A stretch of DNA of 59,325 nucleotides, filler included. It is 7 parts of 7 records of this genome, joined end to end, with 100 filler letters (N's around TTAATTAATTAA, not from the genome) between each part and the next. Parts side by side here need not be neighbours in the genome. Positions count along the whole stretch, not along the records: positions 37,797 to 47,116 come from SRR31156797_50366; positions 47,217 to 53,495 come from SRR31156797_50381; 5 more parts are not named here. One strand, given 5' to 3'. The position numbers were made by a program, and so were the translations under genes. How positions within the stretch are numbered: position 1 is the stretch's first letter; every line of letters begins with the position of its first letter. Below are positions 40,494-50,200 of the stretch, piece by piece. Under the pieces are notes generated by a model. The model worked only from the letters and a program-made list of their open reading frames with translations, ran no database searches and was not told the DNA's origin.

Positions 40494-42704
40494 TCAACCA
40501 AGCGACACAATCGGCAATTCTATTCTCAAAACCACATCTTCTCCATCCCGGAAAACATCCACCTTTCCACCGTGCCGATGGATCACCACCCTGGCCAGGG
40601 GTAAATCGTGAATGGTGGTTTCGGCTTTCCCGGTAAAACGGGGGTAAAAAAACTGGCTCAGGTCTTCATTGGCCAGACCGGTTGCATCATGCCGGATGGT
40701 GGTGACCACATTGTCCACTTCACTGCCGGTTGAGAGGAACAACTTTCCTCCTTCCGGCATGTTGATCACCTCGTTTTTTAAAATACAACCGAAGGCCCGT
40801 TTCAAAAAAATCCCGTCTCCCTGAATGTTCGGGATGGACGGGGATAATGCGGTTTCAAGTTCGATTTTCTTTTCTGTTATCCGGTTTTTCTCTTCACCCA
40901 GGGAGGCAAGGATGGTTTCATTAATGTCCACGGTAACGATGTTGAGTGAAAAAGGCTTTATGGATGATAAAATGCTTTTCAGGATATCTTCCAGCCTGGC
41001 CACCTCGTCCACAATAATTTTTGCGAACATTTTCTGCCGTTCATTTTTCAAAAAGGAATCCTGCAGCCGATGGGCAAATCCGCCTACCGTCGCCAACGGG
41101 TTCCTCATTTCGTGGGCGAATCGCGCGGATATCTCTCCCAGGAGACGAACCTCTTCCGTTCGCAGGGCCTTTTCCTGAAGCCTTTTCAGTTCGGTAATAT
41201 CCACTATGATCCCCTCGAACCAACGGAGATCTCCGGATTCATCCCAAAAGGGAATGGCCTGGTCCATAAATACGTGCTTGCGGCCCTGCTTGTCTTTCAC
41301 CACCCTTTCCACACGAAACCCTTGAGAATTCTTTTTCAAGTCGGCCATCATTTCTTCACTCTGAGCCTTGTTGCATCCCCAGACCTTTTCCTGCCAAAAA
41401 TACCGATGCCCAATCATGTCATGGGGATCAAAACCCAATGTGTTGATCAAATAGGGATTGATAAATTCGATGGTGCCATCGCTTAAAATCCGGTACACCC
41501 CAAGGGGCAGGTGATCCACGAGAGTTCTGTATTTTTCCTCAGACGATACCAGGTCAGCGGTCCTTTCCCGAACCCTTATTTCAAGGGTCCTGGCATGCTC
41601 CTCAATCTGTAAGCGTCGTTCCTTGAGGGAGTTGAGCATGGTATTGAGGGAACGACCCAGCACGCCGATTTCGTCATTGGGGCCGAGTTTCAGGCGTGTT
41701 TCCCGTTTGCCATTGGCGATTTCCTGGGCGCCTGCGACAATTTCCCTGATGGGGCGTATAAACAAAACCGCGACAATCCACACCAGAAAAAAGGAAACAC
41801 AAATGCCCACCAGACCCACAACAATCATTAAGGTCCGTGTCCGTGATAATCGGTCGGTAATGGCCGACCGGTTGACTTCGATTTCCACCAGGGCCACCAC
41901 ATCACCCCGGTAGTCCCGTAACGGCCCCACCAGCAGAGCCACATTCGGAAAGTTGGGAGGTGCGATGAAAATCCGGGTCTGCTCCATGGAACCGGGAACC
42001 GGTGATTCCGTTAATGAGAAGGTTTTCCCGGGGCCGTTTGTGGATGCCAACAGGGCATAGGTACCAGGGCTTTTCTTTTCGTAAACCGCAAAACCGGGGC
42101 CCCAGTGTTCTTTGAGATTTTTAAGAAAAGAGCGGCCAAAAGGGTAGCCGATTTCCAGGCTCCCCACCAGTTCACCCTTTGAGGATACCGGAATAACCCC
42201 ACGAATGCCCAGACCCGAGAACCCCCATTCAAGCCCCTTCACGCCTTTGCCGCTTTTCAATGCATCCATAATGCTGGTCCGGTAGGCAATCATCTCTCCC
42301 CATTGATCCGGCTTGTGGACCCGCAGAAAGGATTTTCCGGGCGAAACATGAAAGTGCAGTTGACTGATACCGAATTTTTTTTTCAGCTTTTCAAACAAGG
42401 GTTGAACATAATCCAGAAGCCTTTTCCGGTTTCCCTCCCGCAACAGTTTCTTTATCATGGGATTTTCAGCAATAATGGTTGCCATGGAAAGGGCCTGCTC
42501 CCCTTTCTGACGAACCGACGCTAGAAAGAGCTCATAAAAACGGAACATTTCCATTTTTTCCTCTTCCTTGATAATGTCCTGCTGGGAACTGAGGCCTATA
42601 TAGACCAGAGACGTTGTTCCGGCGAATGAAAAAAACAGGAAGGGGATCAGAAGCTTCCACTTCAAGCTGATACCCTGCACGCGGTTTATGACATCGGAAA
42701 ACAT
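40494..42704 (-). CDS. Cache-HAMP-PAS sensor histidine kinase-like protein with degenerate ATPase domain
   Basis: SFLRVHKP..GE (dCache), NDEIGVL..SLNTM (HAMP), PAS, H-box AHEMRNPL; G1/G2 boxes eroded. Confidence 0.85.
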   Translation of the reverse strand: MFSDVINRVQGISLKWKLLIPFLFFSFAGTTSLVYIGLSSQQDIIKEEEKMEMFRFYELFLASVRQKGEQALSMATIIAENPMIKKLLREGNRKRLLDYVQPLFEKLKKKFGISQLHFHVSPGKSFLRVHKPDQWGEMIAYRTSIMDALKSGKGVKGLEWGFSGLGIRGVIPVSSKGELVGSLEIGYPFGRSFLKNLKEHWGPGFAVYEKKSPGTYALLASTNGPGKTFSLTESPVPGSMEQTRIFIAPPNFPNVALLVGPLRDYRGDVVALVEIEVNRSAITDRLSRTRTLMIVVGLVGICVSFFLVWIVAVLFIRPIREIVAGAQEIANGKRETRLKLGPNDEIGVLGRSLNTMLNSLKERRLQIEEHARTLEIRVRERTADLVSSEEKYRTLVDHLPLGVYRILSDGTIEFINPYLINTLGFDPHDMIGHRYFWQEKVWGCNKAQSEEMMADLKKNSQGFRVERVVKDKQGRKHVFMDQAIPFWDESGDLRWFEGIIVDITELKRLQEKALRTEEVRLLGEISARFAHEMRNPLATVGGFAHRLQDSFLKNERQKMFAKIIVDEVARLEDILKSILSSIKPFSLNIVTVDINETILASLGEEKNRITEKKIELETALSPSIPNIQGDGIFLKRAFGCILKNEVINMPEGGKLFLSTGSEVDNVVTTIRHDATGLANEDLSQFFYPRFTGKAETTIHDLPLARVVIHRHGGKVDVFRDGEDVVLRIELPIVSLG

Positions 42705-42740
42705 GGGTTTAATCTCAAACGCTTTTAAAAAATCGACCCG

Positions 42741-43484
42741 TCATGAATTATTCTTTGGCAGCTGCATTTTATGCATGTCCTTAAGGATCCGCTTCTGACG
42801 ACTCAGCACCCGGGCATTGGGTTTTACGGGGGACCAGCGATGGGGGCTGGGCAGTATGGCCGCAAGGAGCGCTGCCTGGCCTTTGGAAACGCTATGGGTG
42901 GAAACATGAAAGTATTTTCTCGCGGCTGCTTCAACACCCCTGATCCCTCTCCCCCAATCCACAGTATTGAGATAAACTTCCAGAATTCTTTTCTTGGAGA
43001 GAAAGAGTTCAAGCAATACCGTATAATACGCCTCAAGCCCCTTCCTGATCCAGGTCCTGGCAGGCCAGAGAAATACGGTCCTGGCCACCTGCATGGTGAT
43101 GGTGCTGGCGCCACGGTACCCTTTTCCCGAAGCCATATCCTTCAATGCATGGTTAAGCTCGATAAAATCAAAGCCCTTATGGGTTAGAAAGCGTTGATCT
43201 TCAGCTGCTAGGACCGCCTTTTTTACATGGGGCGATATCTGCTTAAATGAACGCCAGTGCATGGATATTTCCGGTGTTTGTGTGCTGAGGACCTTTGCCA
43301 TGGATTTAAACGGTGCTATCAGAAAAAAAGGGGGATCCATGTACTTAAGTGACAATACCTGGCAAATGCTCACAAAAACCAGCATCACAAGCAGACCGCA
43401 TCCCCACTTTACGATCCCATAAGATCGCTTACGCTTTTTTGCCCCATTCGACTTTTTTATGCCTGCCTTTTTACCGCTTCCCAT
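42741..43484 (-). CDS. mtgA: Monofunctional peptidoglycan transglycosylase
   Basis: AAEDQRF..H.GFD, GASTITMQVAR, RKGLE, RILEVYLN, LAAILPSP. Confidence 0.93.
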   Translation of the reverse strand: MGSGKKAGIKKSNGAKKRKRSYGIVKWGCGLLVMLVFVSICQVLSLKYMDPPFFLIAPFKSMAKVLSTQTPEISMHWRSFKQISPHVKKAVLAAEDQRFLTHKGFDFIELNHALKDMASGKGYRGASTITMQVARTVFLWPARTWIRKGLEAYYTVLLELFLSKKRILEVYLNTVDWGRGIRGVEAAARKYFHVSTHSVSKGQAALLAAILPSPHRWSPVKPNARVLSRQKRILKDMHKMQLPKNNS

Positions 43485-44260
43485 GCCCCATTCATCTGAT
43501 CCGGGGTCGCTTTTTCAAGAGAAACGCCGCCCTGGTTTAAATGATTCTCCATCTGTTCAAAACGGTTTAGGAATTTTCGGTTCGCCGATCTCAAAAGGTC
43601 CTCTGCGTTCATGCCCCAGTGCCTTGACAGGTTGACCAGGCTGAAAAAAAGGTCCCCCATCTCCTCGTATGCAGCCTGTTCATCATCGCTTTCCACCGCG
43701 CACCTCAGTTCTTCCACTTCTTCCAGGACCTTTTTCCATATCTCCCCCCTGTCGGCCCAATCGAAACCTGTTTTGGCAGCCCTTTCGCTCAATCGATGGG
43801 CTCTCAAAAGCGCCGGCAATCCAATGGGCACATGTTTAAGGGAAGCGGAAACAGGCTCGGCCTCATCCGCCTCTTCCCGCTTGATTCTGGCCCAGTTGAC
43901 GGCCACCTGGTCGGCGGAATCCACCTTTGCGCCCGAAAAGACATGGGGATGCCGACGAATCATTTTATCGGTTATCTTTTCTACCACCTTGGCAAAATCA
44001 AATTCCCCGTTTTCTTCCGCAAGGGCAGCCAAAAAAACAATTTGAAACAGAAGGTCCCCCAATTCTCCACAGGTTTCATCGGATGAGGCGTTTTCAATGG
44101 CATCCAGTACTTCATAGGCTTCTTCGATGAGGTAGACCTTAATGGTGTGATTGTTTTGTTTTGCATCCCATGGGCAGCCGTTTGGGGCGCGAAGCCGTCT
44201 GACCAGAGACAACAATTCACCCATGGCCCTGCCCAGCTTATCCGTATCGATGGTTTTCAT
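43457..44260 (-). CDS. mazG: Nucleoside triphosphate pyrophosphohydrolase MazG
   Basis: GCPWD, EEAYEV, ELGDLLFQ, RRHPHVF, GFDW, EEMGDL. Confidence 0.95.
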   Translation of the reverse strand: MKTIDTDKLGRAMGELLSLVRRLRAPNGCPWDAKQNNHTIKVYLIEEAYEVLDAIENASSDETCGELGDLLFQIVFLAALAEENGEFDFAKVVEKITDKMIRRHPHVFSGAKVDSADQVAVNWARIKREEADEAEPVSASLKHVPIGLPALLRAHRLSERAAKTGFDWADRGEIWKKVLEEVEELRCAVESDDEQAAYEEMGDLFFSLVNLSRHWGMNAEDLLRSANRKFLNRFEQMENHLNQGGVSLEKATPDQMNGAWEAVKRQA

Positions 44261-44268
44261 TGATGCTC

Positions 44269-44811
44269 TCAAATTTTTCCCTTGACGACCTCCTGGAGAT
44301 TATTTTTTTGTTGATCAAATGTTTTCTTCAGTTTTTCATGAAAACCCGGAGGGATGAGCCCGACCATGGTCTGATAGGAAGTGATGATGAAAGGCGCCAG
44401 CCGCGATTGTGTAACAAGGGGCGACCCTTGGGGCGCCAGGAAGGTTACCAGCACAATAATTAAATAACTGAGGACAACACCCTTCAAAAGGGCCAGACAG
44501 GCCCCCAGGATCCGATCAACCCATCCCAGGAATATTTTTTGAAAAAACTTTTTGAATAACCATCCCAGCACATTGCACAATACGAGAACCACCAGAAAAA
44601 TCAGGGCAAATGCCATGAGGGGGAGATAGTTGCCCGGCGGGATGAGACCTTTCAGCAGATCGGCCAATTGAGGATGATAAGCATTGGCCAGCCAGATACC
44701 CAGGACAACTCCGGCCAGGGACCCGATTTCTCGAACAATCCCCCTGAAAATACCGCGAATGAGGAAAAAAACAACCGCCGCAATAATAATGATATCCAGA
44801 ATATTCATCAT
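44269..44811 (-). CDS. cvpA: CvpA family membrane protein
   Basis: DIII...RGIFRG.VREI, DRILG...KG, S.LAP. Confidence 0.88.
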   Translation of the reverse strand: MMNILDIIIIAAVVFFLIRGIFRGIVREIGSLAGVVLGIWLANAYHPQLADLLKGLIPPGNYLPLMAFALIFLVVLVLCNVLGWLFKKFFQKIFLGWVDRILGACLALLKGVVLSYLIIVLVTFLAPQGSPLVTQSRLAPFIITSYQTMVGLIPPGFHEKLKKTFDQQKNNLQEVVKGKI

Positions 44812-46385
44812 GATTCCTGACCGTCGGCGGGCTGATGCTCTTTCCTGAGAAGGTCGTTGACGGTTTTTACGGGATTAAATGTGATGGCGGGCACTTCAAC
44901 GAAAAGGGTAATCCAGTGGGCCATGGCCCCATTCCAGAGCCCCGGGTGTTCCAAGGCTTTGAGTTCCTGTCCATCTTTGGATTTCAGGGAAATAAAAACA
45001 GTCTCAGGGTCCACATATTCCCGCAAATCAAACGGTTCGCCCCGCCAGTCCCGAACTCCGCACACCAGGTCCACGGGATTGAAATGGGTGGCACCGGCCA
45101 GGAGGGCCAGCTGTTCCTTGTCATCCGGGTCAATCTGGGCCGTTTCAACGATCTGGCGTGATTTTTCACCCGATTTGTCTTCAACCCAGAAGGGTCCACC
45201 ACCCGGTTCGCCCGTATTCTTTACCATACCGCAGATGCGAACGGGGCGATTGAGTCGGCCCATGATCCAGTGTCTCCTCTCGTCGGGATCTGCTGTTTTA
45301 ACAGGGAGGGGCATGGTAATCAAAAGATCGTTCTCCAGGAAAGCGGTTGCCGTATTCAGCAGTCCCGTATCAGTTGATCCCGAGGTCAGTTCCTTCATGT
45401 AATGGGCGATCCGGTTTTGTATGGAAATCAGATAGCCCCCCGTAATTTTTTTCCATGCGTAGGTTTCATTTTTAAGATAATCGGGAACGACGTTATCAAT
45501 ATTTTTGATAAAAATAATATCGCCCTGGAGATCATTGAGGTTCTCAAGCAGTGCACCGTGTCCTCCCGGCCGAAACAAAAGCCGGCCGTTTGCCAGGCGA
45601 AAAGGCCGGTTTTCCAAATCCACCGCAAGGGTATCGGTGGCGGCTTTCTGCATGGAAAAACCTATCTCGTAGGTTACCTGAAATTGCTTTTGGTAGGTGG
45701 GTCCAACGTCTTTCAAACAGGCCTGAAATCGCTTCAAATGTTCAGGGGAAACCGTAAAATGCATGGAACACCGGTTTGCGGCGTCACAGGCGTATGCAAC
45801 CGCTTCCACCAGGTGTTCTTCGAAGGCCGTGCGGTTTGCTTCCGGATATGCGTGAAACATGAGGAGCCCCTTGGGTAAAGCCGCATAACCTAAGCCATCT
45901 TCCCTCAACAATAAGGAAATGATGTCCCTGAACAGGCCCTTGCGCAACAGTTCTTCCATGGACATACCCTTCTTGGAGAGGGTCAATGACAGATCCTGAA
46001 AAAAAGCGAATCGGGTGATACCTTCCATGAAAACCGACAGTTGTTTCGCCGATGCCTGTCCGGCCCGAGCCTCCCGGATTATGGTATCCCGTTCAATTTC
46101 CCCCGGCTCGTTCAAGTACCCCGATGGAACTTTGAACATCCTGGACGCCGCGCCCGAAGCGGGAACGAATTTGATACAGGAACGTTTCTGCTTTTCTTTC
46201 TCATAAAGTGCCATCAGGGATTTTTGCTCATCACGGCCGAAAACGGCGATCCCTTTTCCGGGAACACACGGCCCCGCAAGCTTCAGATACGGCCTGGCGG
46301 TTTTGAAAAGGGTCACCTGTCTTTCCGTCTCCGCCAGGGAAATCCCGTGTGCATTCATCTGCTGAATATCTTTTTCATTGAACAT
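44808..46385 (-). CDS. DUF4301 family protein (nucleotidyltransferase-like)
   Basis: KFVPASGAASRMFK, PKGL, FEEHLVEA, RPGGHGAL, KNIDN, GEPGGGPF, THFNPVD, FNPVKT. Confidence 0.9.
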   Translation of the reverse strand: MFNEKDIQQMNAHGISLAETERQVTLFKTARPYLKLAGPCVPGKGIAVFGRDEQKSLMALYEKEKQKRSCIKFVPASGAASRMFKVPSGYLNEPGEIERDTIIREARAGQASAKQLSVFMEGITRFAFFQDLSLTLSKKGMSMEELLRKGLFRDIISLLLREDGLGYAALPKGLLMFHAYPEANRTAFEEHLVEAVAYACDAANRCSMHFTVSPEHLKRFQACLKDVGPTYQKQFQVTYEIGFSMQKAATDTLAVDLENRPFRLANGRLLFRPGGHGALLENLNDLQGDIIFIKNIDNVVPDYLKNETYAWKKITGGYLISIQNRIAHYMKELTSGSTDTGLLNTATAFLENDLLITMPLPVKTADPDERRHWIMGRLNRPVRICGMVKNTGEPGGGPFWVEDKSGEKSRQIVETAQIDPDDKEQLALLAGATHFNPVDLVCGVRDWRGEPFDLREYVDPETVFISLKSKDGQELKALEHPGLWNGAMAHWITLFVEVPAITFNPVKTVNDLLRKEHQPADGQES

Positions 46386-46755
46386 CTTACCCCCCCTTTA
46401 TGGATACTCAAACATGCTGTATGGGCAATATGAATTTCAACGCATCCGGATCAAGACGGCCTCAAAAACATCTTCCGGGGACGGAACCGATTCAATCATC
46501 CACACCAAAATGCTGTGGGATGATCCCGAATGTCAACAAAAAAATCAAGCCTCCAGCATCATGGGAAGCAGGCTGGTCAGGCTCTTTTAGATAAAGGATT
46601 TATAATTTTCTATGGAATTTGGGAAAATTGTAACTATAATGGTAAAATTGTGTATGGGAAGCCCTGTTACAGTGTTTAATTGATCCGGCATTGATTGGCC
46701 CTTTATATGGGGGTTCCCTTGTGACCGGCAGTCTTTTCATGGAGGTGACAGACTA

Positions 46756-47116
46756 TTGAATCCATTCTATAAAAATCTCGCTTTGTGGCTTGTCATTAGT
46801 TTAATGATGGTCATGCTGTTTCAAATGTTCAAACACCCTGACAGAAGTAAAGTCAACATCAGTTACAGCGATTTTCTGAACATGGTGGAGAACGGCGGTG
46901 TAAACCAGGTGACCATTCAAGGGGAAAATATCACGGGCATGTCCGGCCAGGGGCCGTTTAAGACGTATGCCCCCAAAGATCCTGAACTCATCAGCATGCT
47001 CAGAAGCAAGGGCGTTGCCATCACCGCCAAACCCATGGAAGAATCACCCTGGTTTCAGGTATTTTTATCCTGGGTCCCCATGCTGTTGCTCATCGGGGTA
47101 TGGATATTTTTCATGC
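46756..47116 (+). CDS. ftsH: ATP-dependent zinc metalloprotease FtsH, N-terminal fragment
   Basis: MNPFYKNLALWLVI...ISYSDF...WVPMLLLIGVWIFFM; SD GGAGG with TTG start. Confidence 0.9.
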
Positions 47117-47216
47117 NNNNNNNNNNNNNNNNNNNNNNNNNNNNNNNNNNNNNNNNNNNNTTAATTAATTAANNNNNNNNNNNNNNNNNNNNNNNNNNNN
47201 NNNNNNNNNNNNNNNN
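47117..47216. other. Artificial contig spacer
   Basis: Same 100-nt linker. Confidence 0.99.
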
Positions 47217-47217
47217 T

Positions 47218-50200
47218 GGTGACGGGATCATTGATACTGGTGAAGAATGTGATGACGGTATTTTAAATAGTGATACGAATCCTGGAGCATGTAGAACAAA
47301 CTGTATTGCATCAAAATGTGGTGACGGTGTAGCAGATCCGGGAGAACAGTGTGACGATATGAACACTGTGGATTATGATTCATGTACAAACCTATGTCTT
47401 AATTCCAGATGTGGTGACAACATAAGAAAGACCATTGATTCAACAACTGGTGAATACTCATGGTCTCCAAATGAGACATGTGATGATGGTAATACCAATA
47501 ATAATGATTACTGTCGCTCAGATTGTATGCAGGTTACAGGTTATTGTGGTGATGGAACTATTCAGACTGGACACCCTGCTAGTGAGGCTTGTGATAATGC
47601 TTCAACAGGCGATGGTATTGGTGCCTATTGTACTGGTCCATGTACAGGCTCAGGTGCATCAAAAACTTGTTCTGTCGGATGTACATTGAATCACGGTGCA
47701 TGTGGTGATGGAGATATTGATTACATTGCAAGTGAAATATGTGATGATGGAAATGCAATAAATGGAGATTATTGTTCTTATCCGAACTGTCAGATCACCG
47801 GTTACTGTGGTGATGGAACAGTTCAGATCAATGAGGCCTGTGATAGTGCCGACTCAACTGTTGGTGCGGGACAGGGAATTGGTGGATACTGTACAAACAG
47901 CTGTCAAACGAATCTGGGTTCATGCGGCGACGGAAAGATCCAGGGTCTTGGATATACAACTGCTATGTATGGCGGAACACTTCCTACGGGAACGGGATGG
48001 TCACTTGACGGTCCTGAATACTGTGATACTTCAGATCCTAGGGTCTTAAGTCTGGGTACTGCTTTTAATATTGGTTGTGACGGATGTCAAAGAGAAGGAT
48101 CTTGTGGTGACGGTATCAGACAGTTGCGTTTTGAGAGTTGTGATACAGGAACGCTACCTTCTCCAATTTTTAATTTAGAAATGGATGAAACATCCGGAAC
48201 AGTAGCATCAGATTCTTCTTCTAATGGATACGATGCCACTGTCTATAATGGCGCAGTATGGACTCCCGGAGTTAACGGGAATGCCTTGAAATTTGATGGA
48301 TCAAACGATTATGCCATAATAAATGACAATATCGTTGGCACCCCATCAGTTTTAACAGTTGCTGCATGGGTGAGAAATGACGGTAATGGATCGACTTATG
48401 AGTGTGCTGTTCACAAAGGAAACGGTGCAAGCATAGGAGCTAGTGAATACTGGTTAGGTTTTGAAACGGGGACTGATAACCTCGTTGCCACAATTGGTGC
48501 GGGTACAGGTGTCGGCTGGGCAGCTGGAAGAACATCGATTCCTGCAGTTGTAGGAGTCTGGTACCATCTTGCAGCAAGTTGGGATGGATCTAACGTAAAA
48601 GTCTATGTTAATGGTAACTTGGAAAAAGAGTACGCGCTTAGTAGTTACAACAATTTAACGACACCGACAAGGATCGGTGCTTCTTCAGATGGTGCAAACT
48701 ATCAGTATAATGGTGCAGTTGATGATGTAAGGATCTACGATAAAGCTTTTTCAGCAGTAGATATTCTTTCTCTGATGAGTAACGAATCTCCACTGTTGCA
48801 TTTGAAGATGGATGAAGCTTCTGGAACTATAGCATCGGATTCATCTGGAAAAGGATATAACGCAACGGTAAGTGGTGCAGTCTGGGTTCCTGGACAGTTT
48901 GACAATGCCTTGAAATTTGATGGCACCAACGACTATGCTATAGTAAATGATGTCGTTGTTGTCAATCCATCAGCTTTAACTATTGCAGCATGGGTCAGGA
49001 AAGATGGAAACGGTGCAAATTACGAGTGTGCTATTCATAAAGGGGCAGACACTTCCATTGGCGGTAGCGAATATTTTATTGGTTTTCAAGATGGAACAGA
49101 TAATATTATTGCAACAATTGGAGCAAGGACTGCTGCTATTTCATGGACTGCGGGTTTGACATCAGTTAAAGCTAATTGGGGAGTCTGGTATCATGTAGCG
49201 ATCACATGGGATGGATCAAACGCAAAAGTTTATGTGAATGGTAGTGTGGTAAAGACTTATGCTCTAAGTACATATTCGAATTTAACAACTCCGACTAGGA
49301 TCGGTTCGTCAGGAAATGGTACAGGATACCTATTTAATGGTGCGGTTGATGATGTCAGGATATATGACAGAGCTTTTTCAGATGCAGGAATAACCTCTTT
49401 AATGAGTAATGGAACAGATAGCTGTTATCCTGGATGTATGAGTGATCCTAAGGGTGCTCTTAACGGTGCCGGCAGAACTTCGATCAACGGTTGGGCTTGT
49501 GACCCGGACCATTCAATGACTCAGAATGAAGTTAAACTGATATTTACCGATGTAGATGGTGATCTGATCTCAACACAGACATTTAATACCTCAGTAGCTA
49601 GTGAGTCTCAGATAATAGATATTTGTGGTGGTGGAGCTAATCACAGATGGGATTTTGATCCAAATGCAGGTACGATCAACTGGGTTGGATTTCAGCAGCC
49701 TTTTACAGTTAGAGCCTATGCTTTAACTCCTGATGGCGTTCCTGAAACAGATGTGTTTATCGGGGCGAGAACTTTTACAATGGCAGATATCTGCGGTGAT
49801 GGAGTTCATGAAGGTGATGAAGAATGTGATGATGGAAATAGTGTAAACACTGATAATTGTAGAAATGACTGTGATCTTCCAAGTTGTGGTGATGGCGTTG
49901 TTTCAAGTACTGCAACGGGAATATACAATGAAACATGTGAGCTTGGACAGACTACAAGCTGTAATGCTGTAGGCGCTACTGGAGGTAGTGGAGCTCCTGC
50001 TTGTCAGACAGATTGTAAAGGCTGGGTCACAGCACCAAATGTCTGTACAAAGACATGGGGATGTGCTGCAAGGCCACAGGTTCACTCTTCAACCGAAACC
50101 GGTTGGAACAGTGTTGCCAGTTACAATCAGGTTTGGGATGGAACAAAGTGGGTCCCATCTGATTCTCCTACGGTTTTTAGTAATTTCTCAAGTACGACAG

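Noticed and set aside
48160-49410. Duplicated LamG segments as a DGR template/variable repeat pair
   Set aside because: Both copies are in-frame coding, differences are not adenine-specific, and no reverse transcriptase is present.
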